A stretch of DNA of 64,000 nt from Callorhinchus milii (taxonomy: Eukaryota), in contig NW_024704742.1 in NCBI RefSeq assembly GCF_018977255.1, positions 67,582,001 through 67,646,000 on the forward strand, in the 5' to 3' direction. Below, in pieces: positions 37,829-49,514 of the stretch. The position numbers and the translations under genes are program-made. Below the pieces are notes generated by a model. The model ran no database searches. It saw only the letters and a list, made by a program, of their open reading frames with translations, and had not been told where the DNA came from. How positions within the stretch are numbered: position 1 is the first letter of the stretch; each line of letters opens with the position of its first letter.

Positions 37829-40800
37829 TTTATTGTGCAAGCAAGTAAATATTATCTCACATTACAATGCAGAAGGGAGATTACAATAACATTTTTAAGT
37901 TCATCAGTTTTGGAAAACATCAGTAAATAAAATCCACATTAGCATCAGTCTGAAATGAATGTTAACTGCATGCCTGTAGTTTTATTTTTCAGCAAAGCCA
38001 CAAATGTGCATTACAGAGGTACAAATGTTTAAGATCCTTGGAATCACAATTATTTCTGTGGAGCTGACTTCTGCTCAAGTCACTGGCCCAGTTAATAGGT
38101 TTCCACATTTAACAAGTATGGACGGCGCTTTGGCTCAGTACAACAGAGGAGCCAGCCAGCATCTGGAATAACAATTATATTAACACCTACTTATTTACTA
38201 ACTCATGGCTCCAATCAATGAAACGCTATGGAGTGGAAATGATCATGTAACAAAAAATCTTACAATTGCAAAACTCTGAAGCAGTGTCTGGCTCGCAAGC
38301 TCCAGATCCCTCCCCCAATAATGAACCATTCTTTGTTAAAGGCACACCAGTTGCATACATCATATTCTTTACATTGAGGAATGTCAATTTTTCTACGGCT
38401 CATATAAAAATCAGTAGACAGCCACATATTGCACAAATTCACAGAAATACTAGTCACTTTCTTATTATGGGTAAGATTGCATTAGGTGTAATTGGAATTT
38501 GAAAGGATGCAAATTCTTAAACATAAGAATTTTGCAACGGTAATTGAGAGATCTTAATAGTTGGTCAACAGTGAATGAATAAAGATGAACTAGAAAGATC
38601 TGGCACCAGTCGATTAGATTGCATTATACTATACATAGAGAGTTACGTGTCACTTTTATATTGAAACTGCTCAATCCTAAAGAAAATCTGAATTGTAAAG
38701 TAACATTGTACGGTACATTAAAGCACCAGAACTCAGCAAGAGTACATCAATGGAATTTCATCCTTGCATCTTGAATACATAGAGAATGCAACTTTAAGAG
38801 CACATCCAAAATCTTTAGACCAGATCATAAATTTGACTGCCAAAATGGTTCACTTGTGTACCAGAACGTTCAACATGTCAATTTGGAGACATTTGACTGA
38901 CTGACTCCTGGCCAGTCTCTAAGAATCATTCAATAAAAAAAAATCATGAATGTATTTACAACAGTTCTTTGCAAAAAAATATTTGCGAGTCAGTACAAAT
39001 AATAAATACTTATACATAGCTAAATAAAGATGCTGTTAATTTCCAGAAGAAATAGTTGACAGACAACGAAAAAAAACAATTGCAATAGAATGCCAAATAC
39101 TTCAAACAATTTGAAATGTTGCAGGTTACAGTTTTCCTCCCAAGATACTGTACATTTGCATATATTTTTTCCATCGCTGTTGAGCTTTGCTGTCTGAACA
39201 CGTTTCTCTACTGAGCACACTCAGATTGTTCCAGATTGAAGAACTCTGAGCTTTGTAGTTTACGACATTTTTGAGAAATCGGAAAAGTGACTAACTCAGG
39301 GCACAATAACCAGCTAAGTAGTAACCCGAAATTCCACTATATTTCACCTTAGAATCTAAAATCACACAGAAATGTGGGAAATTTAAAAATGCATCTTGAA
39401 TTTCGAAGAAAAATCCACCCCCGCACACCCTATTCTTAAACAGAAAGCATTTTCCAGTGAATTCTGGTAAATTTTAAGACAAAACGTTATCAGAGGCTAA
39501 GGAATTGATGAAACTTCAGGCCTTCAATTTTTACTGAGGTACGATTAAGAATTATTTTGCAAAATAACAAAATTTGGAATGCTTTTAAAGCTCAACAGAA
39601 GGAAACTAAACAATCAGGACATTGAAATAAAGATACAATTCACCATTGACCTGGCTACGTTCATGTTCTTTAAAATACCTTAATGTCCACCAGGGAACAA
39701 GTTTATCTTAATCCATCATTGTTGCATTAAATATTCATTACTCAAAGTTCATTATAAATTCAAAAGCCAGTGAACTAATTTTAGAAAAAAAAGGGCAAGT
39801 TTTGAAAAAAAAAGGCAGAACAGTTTTTGTTTTGCATCAAATGTTACGGCTGTGAAGTCAAAACCCGAAAGATCACATTATCTGAATCTCAAACACACAA
39901 TTGATTCTGTTTAAAAAGATACAAATCTGTGAATGAACACACTTCATGAATAACACAAGGAAAATAGACAAATCAGAAAGAAATTATTTTATTAAAGAAA
40001 TTAAATTATTTCGCCCAATAGATTCCATCTAGTCTTACTCCATAAGACCATTTTTCTTAAAATTTAAGAACAAGCAGAATTGCAGCAAAATAAATATTTA
40101 TTTACTTGTATTTTGGAAGCCTGATCTTTTAATGAACAGCAAAAAAAAAGGTTTCCAAATTAAGTGTGAATTTAAGAATTTTCCAACCTTCTGCAGCATC
40201 TTAAATTTTAAGACAAATGAGGATTTCAGTGGGAGAGAAGATCACTGCTGCTCCTCCCCACCCCCCAGGCATGTGCAGTAACACCAGCAACACGGAAGTG
40301 CTTAACTGCTGATCATGTCCTGTTATAAGGTTGATTGGGTTTTAGGGACCCTGACTGCCACATTATGACAGGGCTCTACTGTATGTTGGTTGATAAGTAC
40401 AGGATTCGTCATTTGTTGATGTAGAAAATCTCAATGAAATTTTATTATGCTACCAGTGAACTGAAAAGGGTAACTTGAACGGAAGGAGGGAGGTGCAAAT
40501 TTCCCATCCATTACTTCACGCTAACTAAATGCCGTTTATTTTCCCAACACGTGCTGATCAAAATAAAGTTAGTTAAAAACTCCTGAGGCACCAATAACAT
40601 TGCTTGCCAGTTAACTGGCTGTACGTCACACCGAACATTTGGAACTCTGCTCTGGGTGATAGAGAATGGGTTGCGGTGGACCTAGAGTGGGGTTCCCACA
40701 TCAGTGTGATTCTCTTCTATCTACTATTTGCAACTTGAAGTTTTTAAGAATAGAAATCAGACCCCATTATTAATTTTAACATTTGGAAAATCAATTAGAA

Positions 40801-42843
40801 AATAAGACGTTCGTCTGAAGGTCTCAACATTTTGTTTGCAATTCAACAAACAAGATGTTCCTGATGATATTATTTTCTCTTAAATTTACAATACGCAAAA
40901 CCCAACCAACATATCATTTCCCTACAAAAATAATGCTGCCACTCACCAAACCTGGGATCAATGCAGAAACAAGTTTTTAAAAAATATATATCAATAAGAT
41001 TTAAGAGTGCAACATCAGTCAACTATTGAATAATAGCAATGTTGGTAGGTAACAGCATACATTCACAAAGCTTTCACCTTCAGAATTAGATTTTGAATGT
41101 GCATATAGTTGTTAATAGTAATCCTTGCATTTGATATAGCGCCTTACACTGTGAAGTGAATTGACTGTATATTTTGTGGGCGAATAAATATACTCAATAC
41201 TAAATTGGTTAGTTCTGAGGGATGCACTGTCCTGATGCATAAGAAAAATGACCAAGAACATTTTTTGGAGGCAAAACCTCCCAGAAGATCAGGTATTTAA
41301 AGTTTGATGTAATACTCATTAATTATCACTCGACATCTCTAAGAATTTAACACTTCTCTGCAGGAGGGGGGGAGGTAAGCAGGGTTTCCTTGTTGCTAAA
41401 CTGGCTCCAAGGTGACATGCTTGGCAACAGAATGTCAGAATTGAGCCAGACATCTTTGGCAATCTTGGTAGTCCGGTTCGTGAGTCAGGCAGGTCCACAG
41501 TACTCCAGGCTCCAGAGCACTGCTAATGACAGCACAGCCGGTCTAGCTCATTGGCAGGACTTGGAAGGGCAGACTAGTCCTGGGGGCAGGGATTCCTTCC
41601 CACTCAGTTCCCATTAACCCTGCAAGCGAAAGCCCTAACAGATAGGGCGGTCCTATCTGGACAAGCAGTGGGAATGCTTTCCAGACAGCAAAATCAATGG
41701 CAAGTTTTGCCCACAAATATACAGTCAATTCACTTTACAGTATATTCTGTGAAGTGCTTTGAGATGTCTAAAAGACGTGAAAAGTGCTATATCAAATGTA
41801 AGAATTACTATTATTATTATAATAAGTTATGGGGGTTTAGTTAGTTAAGATTCCAGCAGTACCCCAATGCACACTCTGGGGTCCCCAAGCCTTGGCTGTG
41901 TCCAACCTGCATCTAATATTTTCCAGAATTAAGTGAGCAGGATGCACATTCCATTCCAATGATCTATCTCTGGGATTTCAGTTTTGTTTGGATACTCTTA
42001 AGCATGATGATGGCTTTCCACATGTGTTAAGACACCTGGCTGACCAAAAGACCAAAAAAAACATTCCTCTAGGGTCCTGATTTCAATCACATGCACATGC
42101 GTACCACAAGCCAGCATCTCGCTGAAAAACACTTTATATTTGTAGAGACCACTTTGTGAAACACTACTTCAATATTAAATTCAATGCAACAATAAATTGT
42201 TCAGCGCCCTTCTATTTAACGCTGTTGCAATAAAGCAATATAATGGAGTGCTGTTGGCTAAAAAGCCACATATTCCCTAGCCCTGTGCAAGCAGCAAACA
42301 AGATTTCTGTGTATGTGTAAATAAACCCAGGGCCAAACCTCCAGCACCAAACTTTTTTTAAAAAAAGCTATTAAAGAGATGAGCATGTGACCTTATTTTG
42401 TGTACACTCCTAAGGTTTGCTGTCCTAGGTTCTTATTAAAAATTGGGCTATTAGTGAACTGGAGACACCTGGAGGGGTTTAAAAAAAAAGTATTTTGTTA
42501 CAAATTTAAAAAATTGCACATAGAAAGCTTCGAGAATGTTAGACAGCAAAGATTGTCTCAGGAATGTTAGAACAAAGCAATGTAACATTATCACAATTTC
42601 AGGCTCAAAAAATATGCTAGCAAAAACTTAATTAACATAACTAACTCCAATTCAACACTCAATAAGAACAGATCATGGGGTTGGCGGGAGAGAATTATTT
42701 TTTGTTACATTTTTCAGCAGCAATACCACATGTAGTTCTGCAAAAAACACAAAACTTTCCTCTATGGCAATAAACACTGAAATGGCCTTAGCTAGCAGAC
42801 CTGAAAAGACTTAGTTTTGCTAAGTCATTTTCGGAAGCTCCTG
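37829..42843 (-). other. Probable long 3' UTR of the sialyltransferase gene with several candidate poly(A) signals
   Basis: AT-rich and LINE-free stretch downstream of the stop codon. Minus-strand AATAAA at 40540-40535, 40446-40441, 39993-39988, 37986-37981 and 37834-37829, the last followed by GT/T-rich sequence. The true end cannot be determined from sequence alone. Confidence 0.5.
40046..40219. mobile_element. ~165-bp palindromic element, best-preserved copy of at least five
   Basis: Terminal inverted repeat catttttcttaaaatttaaga / tcttaaattttaagacaaatg (20 of 21 paired). Confidence 0.75.
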
Positions 42844-43107
42844 CTAGCTCTTGGACTTGCAAAATTTGCAGTGAATCCCTCCACTGAGGTCTGTCACAAC
42901 ACCTTTTTCAACCAGACCTGCCAGAAATTTCCTCTCCGTCTCCACGTTGTGCATAGTTTGAGCTTTCATAGCTTCCATCCGGACATTCTCATAGTAGTGC
43001 AAGGGGGTATCTGGTTCACCCAGGTTGTATCCAAATCCCGCCAAACTGACCTCATCACACAAGTGCGTAGCCAGAACAACAGCGCTGACTCCTAAGGTAG
43101 GAATATT
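42844..43107 (-). CDS. st3gal7: Sialyltransferase last coding exon with sialylmotifs S, III and VS ([27 protein letters not shown]...HYYE...HNVETE...[12 protein letters not shown])
   Basis: 264 nt including TAG at 42846-42844. Acceptor tgtttttag. Catalytic His of sialylmotif VS (HxxxxE) is present. Confidence 0.96.
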   Translation of the reverse strand, partial: NIPTLGVSAVVLATHLCDEVSLAGFGYNLGEPDTPLHYYENVRMEAMKAQTMHNVETERKFLAGLVEKGVVTDLSGGIHCKFCKSKS

Positions 43108-44159
43108 CTAAAAACACAAAGAAGCATTCAGGTTTCCAAATTCAGAGCATTAACATTTTAAAAAAGAGAAGTCTAACAAGTCAATTCCATTTTGAAATTA
43201 TAAAAAAAACTTGCAACACAAATGGGTCATTAAGCTCATCCCTTCCACAAAATATGAACAATGTACCCTGTCATGGTCTCTAATGCACTTAATGTTTTAT
43301 TTAAAATTGGCAATTTTTTTGTGAACTTAAAACTACAAGGCACAACTCAATACCCTCCTTTTCGACCGTGCCTTCAACCGCCCTCCTACCTCTCTGCCCT
43401 CCCTCATCTCAACTCTGCCCCCCCACGCTCGGGTCCTGATCCCCTACTGTTCAGCGCCTTGGGACGTCTTCCCGACGTTAATCTTGGCGTCTTGTTAGCC
43501 CCTCAACTATCTCTTAACTATCCACATCACAGCATTAAAAAAATAAACTGGATATAAGGAAGCAATTCAAATTCTCACCAGTGGGTGGCACCAAATATCC
43601 AATTATAGGATCCAATATTTTGAAGTGATTCCCCAAGTATTGAGGAGCTCAGTTGTACAGCAGTAGACAATTGAATGCAAGTGAGCAAAACAATGATTTT
43701 TTTTTTAAAATGACACTCGAGACATAATGCATTTCTTTGTTTTGACAACAAGTTGCATTTATATAGCACCCTTCACGTGGAGTAGCATCTGAGCGCTTCA
43801 CACACAAATGTTATGCAGTAACCATTTAGAAATGTGTCATAGGCTGGACCAATAAAAAAAGTGTGGAAATATTTGCCAAGAATTGCAGGAAGATTTGCCC
43901 ATTTTGCAGAAAAGTGCGCAGGGGGAGATTAGCAAATTTTACAGAAAATTACCGTGAATTGATTGGTGCTATTGAGGTACATTTTACTGCCAACCTTTTT
44001 TTATTTTATTGATAAACACTAAACATCAGGAAATAACATATTAGATTGTTGCCNAAAAAATATTAATTGCTTGTTTAACAAAAGCTGTGTAGACCATATT
44101 TTTGGGGGGGTGGGGGGGAAACACTAGTGAGGCTACAGGAGCTCTCAAGGCCTGGCACC

Positions 44160-46730
44160 GCACACAGACACAGAGACCCAGAGACAGACAGACAGACACA
44201 CACAGACACCCTCACATAGAGACATTCACAAACACAGAGACACACAACACAGACACTGAAACACAGAGACACATACACTCACACAGACACACACTCACAC
44301 TCAAACACAGAGACACACACCCACACACACTCACACAGACACTCAAACAGACACACTCACACACAGACACTCACTCACACACAGACACTCACTCACACAC
44401 AGACACTCACTCACACTCGCACACAGACAGACACTCACTCACACGCACACAGACAGACACTCACTCACACACACACAGACAGACACTCACACACACAGAC
44501 AGACACTCACTCACACCCACACAGACAGACACTCACTCACACCCACACACAGACAGACAAACAGACTCACTCACTCACACACAGACACTCACTCACACCC
44601 ACACAGACACACACTCACTCACTCACATACAGACAGACACTCACTCACACACAGACAGACACTCACTCACACACAGACAGACACTCACTCACACACAGAC
44701 AGACACTCACTCACACCCACACACAGACACTCACTCACTCCCACACACAGACACTCACTCACTCACACACAGACAGACACTCACTCACACACACAGACAG
44801 ACACTCACTCACACACACAGACAGACACTCACTCACACCCACACACAGACACTCACTCACTCCCACACACAGACACTCACTCACTCACACCCAGACAGAC
44901 ACTCACTCACACCCAGACAGACACTCACTCACACCCACACACAGACAGACACTCACTCACACCCAGACAGACACTCACTCAATCACACCCAGACAGACAC
45001 TCACTCACACCCAGACAGACACTCACTCACTCACTCCCAGACAGACACTCACTCACACCCACACACAGACAGACACTCACTCACACACACTCAGACACTC
45101 ACTCACACACAGACAGACACTCACTCACACCCACACACAGACAGACACTCACTCACACCCACACACAGACAGACACTCACTCACACATAGACAGACACTC
45201 ACTCACTCACTCACACACAGACACTCACTCACACCCACACACAGACAGACACTCACTCACACACAGACACTCACTCACACCCAGACAGACACTCACACCC
45301 AGACAGACACTCACACACAGACACTCACACTCAGACACTCACACACAGACACTCACACTCACACACAGACACTCACACACAGACACTCACACTCACACAC
45401 AGACTCACTCACTCACTCTCACTCACTCACACCCACACAGACAGACAGACACTCACTCACACAGACAGACAGACACTCACTCACTCAGACAGACACTCAC
45501 TCACACACAGACAGACACTCACTCACACACAGACACTCACTCACACACAGACACTCACTCACACACAGACACTCACTCACACACAGACACTCACTCACAC
45601 ACAGACACTCACTCACTCACACTCACACAGACACTCACACTCAGACACAGACACTCACACACAGACACTCAGACACACACTCACTCACACACAGACAGAC
45701 ACTCACTCACACCCACTCAGACAGACATACACGCACTCACACAGACACAGACACTCACACCCATAGACACACAGACACTCACTCACACAGACAGACACAG
45801 ACACTCACTCACACAGACAGACACTCACACCCACAGACAGACAGACACTCACTCACACAGACAGACACACAGACACTCACTCACTCAGACAGACACTCAC
45901 ACCCACAGACAGACAGACACTCACAGACAGACACAGACACTCACCGACAGACACAGACACTCACCGACACAGACAGACACACAGACACTCACACACAGAC
46001 ACAGACACTCACTCACTCAGACAGACACTCACACCCACAGACAGACAGACACTCACTCACACAGACAGACAGACACTCACACCCACCCACACAGACAGAC
46101 ACTCACACAGACAGACACACAGACACTCACTCACACAGACAGACACAGACACTCACTCACACAGACAGACACAGACACTCACTCACACAGACAGACACAC
46201 AGACACTCACACAGACAGACACACAGACACTCACTCACTCAGACAGACACTCACACCCACAGACAGACAGACACTCACTCACACAGACAGACACAGACAC
46301 TCACTCACACAGACAGACACAGACACTCACTCACACAGACAGACACACAGACACTCACTCACACAGACAGACACACAGACACTCACTCACTCAGACAGAC
46401 ACTCACACCCACAGACAGACAGACACTCACTCACACAGACAGACAGACACTCACACCCACAGACAGACAGACACTCACTCACACAGACAGACACTCACAC
46501 CCACAGACAGACAGACACTCACTCACACAGACAGACACTCACACCCACAGACAGACAGACACTCACTCACCCACACAGACAGACACTCACTCACCCACAC
46601 AGACACTCACTCACACAGACAGACACACAGACACTCACTCACTCACACAGACAGACAGACAGACACTCACACCCACAGACACACAGACACTCACTCACTC
46701 ACTCACACAGACAGACAGACAGACACTCAC
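44160..46730. repeat. Compound (CA)n/(CAGA)n/(CACT)n microsatellite, about 2.6 kb
   Basis: Continuous permutations of acac/agac/tcac units. Source of the spurious 362-aa T/H/D/Q-rich ORF. Confidence 0.98.
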
Positions 46731-46739
46731 AGCCCCACT

Positions 46740-47000
46740 CGGGTTCTCGGCTGTTTAACAATCACAGCGGCAGTGGCTCAGAGTGAAGCCCATTGGCCGC
46801 TCGCGCCCCAGCGCCCCGCCCCGCCCAGTGACGTCAGGAGGCAGCCGGGGAGCCGCGGACCAACGAGGTGTACAGCGGCTCTGGCGCTGATGGGCGTTTG
46901 TGGCGGATGGCGGAGGACGTGCGGCTGCACTTTTGTGTTGGCTCTGGTAATCGGCCACACAGCTGTCCACAACTCCAGCAGTGCAGAGGCCCTCACCATA
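46740..47000. promoter_or_regulatory. CpG-rich promoter-like element (CCAAT, tandem GC boxes, full CRE) inside the last intron of the gene
   Basis: ATTGG at 46792-46796, GCCCCGCCCCGCCC at 46813-46826, TGACGTCA at 46829-46836. Densest CpG stretch seen in the window. Confidence 0.65.
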
Positions 47001-47001
47001 C

Positions 47002-47160
47002 CTGGTCCCATCGCCACAGCTTCCATCGAGGTTCAGGTAACTGCAACAGATCTATCGCCGTCTCTCTGATGATCTCTGGGTTCAAGATTCGAAACTGTTC
47101 TGGTTCGATTGGGAGTTTCCTTGGGACTGCTTTCCAGAACCAGAGACTGTCAAAAAATGG
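47002..47160 (-). CDS. st3gal7: Sialyltransferase exon (PFFDSLWFWKAVPRKLPIEPEQFRILNPEIIRETAIDLLQLPEPRWKLWRWDQ)
   Basis: 159 nt, absent from the ORF track and found by manual translation. Acceptor gtgcttttag, donor CAG|gtatgg. FW..V...P...FRILNP.II.ETA matches ST3GAL5-group proteins. Confidence 0.95.
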
Positions 47161-47702
47161 CTAAAAGCACAACAGGTATAAGATTAACAAATTACAAACA
47201 CCTTCATTGATAGGGAGTTTCGATTGTGAAGACGATAAAGATCCAAATTTATACCTCTGATGCAACAAAAGATATAAAAATCAATTGCTTATTGTTCATC
47301 ATAGCAAAAGTTCTGTGCCCTCCAGTCTCCAGTTAATAATGGTCATTTACCCCACAACTCATGGGTCAACAAATTGCATTTATATAGCACCACTCATGTC
47401 AGGGGGACATCCCAAGGTGCTGACCAGTGGAGCGTTTGCACCCAAGTTTGGCGGTTTGATTTGGGAGGGGTGGGAACCAAGGGGGTGGGAAGAAGACCAA
47501 AGGCAGTCAAAGAGGAAGGTCAAGATGGACATTGAAGGAGGCGAGGGAAGGGTTGGGACAAAGGGATTCCAGGATGGAGCAGCATCAGATTATCAGTGGT
47601 AAAGAAGAACTTAAGTTTTAGATCACCTGATCATGTTGAAGGGTCACAAAATGCTTCATTTTATTTGCAGTGACTAGTTTTGTAGAAAAAAAGCAAACAG
47701 CC

Positions 47703-48056
47703 ATAATAATAATCCCTGCATTTGATATGGTGCATTATGTCTTCAAGGCACCTCAAAGCACTTCACAGAATATACTGTAAAGTGAAACGCAGCAGCCAAT
47801 TGCGCACAGCAATGTCCAACGAACTGTCATGGATTGAGTGACCAAATTATTTTTATTATTATTTTTTAAGTGATTATTACCCCCGGAAATCGATCCAGCA
47901 ATTGACTAACAACCGGGTTCCTACTTACTGCTCCTAGGTAAACAGAGGCGTGTGGAGTCCGGAAACTTGCCTAACGTTTCGCCCTGCCCCGGGAATCAAA
48001 CCCAGTCCTCTCACTTGCGAGGCGAGTGCTATAACCCATACTTTTTACAACTCCAC
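47703..48056 (-). mobile_element. SINE family A, intronic
   Basis: Same consensus. Confidence 0.9.
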
Positions 48057-49514
48057 ATAGGTGAATGGCCAGTAATATCTAGAGGACTGGCGAGCAGGAC
48101 ACAAATTACTTCCTCTATGATAAACAAAGGTAACAGATTTGTTATTATATCTGATTTAGCACCAACCCTAAATTGGAATCATTATAGTCTTCATAATTTG
48201 AGCTCCCAGTGTAGAATGAAAACATTTCAGTTAAAAGAGACAACTTCAGAATAGCCGTCGGGTGTCCAAGATTATTACTCAATAGAAAGATACTCTTGCT
48301 TCATGATTATTTGGTCTCAGATGACGAGAAATTCCATCTCGTCTAGATTTACTCTATGAAACTTCCTTCTCTTGTCAAATCATGTCATGATATTTTTGAC
48401 ATCCATCTGAACAAGTAGACATGGGTCTCAATTTAGTAACTCATCCAAAAAACAGCACCTCTGACAACACAAGTAGTGCAATGGAGTGTCAACCTAGACT
48501 ATGAGTTCAAAGTCCCAATGTGGGACTTGATCCCACCACCTTTTGACAAGATTGATCAGAGGCAAGAGTGCTACCAACTTAGCCAGGCGGTCGATAAAAT
48601 GTTGAAGTAGTGTAGTAAACAAGTTGAAACATCTCTCTTTAAATGTGTGTTATCCTAACTCAATTGTTAGTACTCTCACCTCTGAGTTAGAAGATTGTGG
48701 GTTCAAGTCCTACGTTGTGACTTGGAGCACTTATCGTCTATGCTGACACTCCAATGCAGTGGGAATGTGCTGCACTATCATCCTTTGGATGAGATGTTAA
48801 ACGATGGTACTGTCTAGATTGCCATTAAAGGTCCAATGGCAGTATTTGAAAAGAGAAGTTTCTCTTAGTTGTCTGGCCAACGATCCCACAAAGTAAAATT
48901 GATCATTCACTTCTTGGTTGTTTGCTGTATATAAATTGGCTAGGCCACAAAATACACGCAGTTGCACCACAAAACAGTGTATGCCATGAAGCACTTTTGA
49001 GATGCCTCAATGGTCTGATAAGGTGTATATCAATTATAAGGACTTGTAGATTAATAAGGCTGTAAAGAAAATCGCAGGCTGTACACTGCAACTTTTTTTT
49101 AAAGTTGCCACAATTTTTAATGACTATATTGAGTATGTGCTCCCATTGGAGCTGTTGGTAGGATGGTCCAATGGGAGCATGAAGCAGGTTGATGCACAGG
49201 TGGATAGTCCAATGGAAACATGTACTCACTTTAGGTACTTGAACTTACCTCACAAAATCACAACTTTACAAACTGTGACCACAATGTCTGGATCAAAACA
49301 TCACGACTTCCTAACAGTCTTATATATTAATCAAACAGCAAAAAATTGCATTTATGTAGTGCCTTTCACATCGGCAGGGGTGCCCCAATGCACTGGGCAG
49401 TCAAGAGTTTGTGTCAAGAGGGGTGGATGACGGGGGAAGGGGTTGGGGGTGGTAGGTTGATCAAAGGCATGGTTAAGTAGGAAGGTGGAGTCCTGTAGCT
49501 CAGTTGTTAGAGCT

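Noticed and set aside
44102..45190. 362-aa ORF, the longest in the track
   Set aside because: Translation of a CA/CAGA/CACT microsatellite that lacks stops by composition; same for the ORFs at 23850-24293 and 34632-34970.
46755..47164. Short ORFs over the CpG-rich element on both strands
   Set aside because: Expected in GC-rich sequence and no recognisable homology; the real coding part is the 47002-47160 exon.
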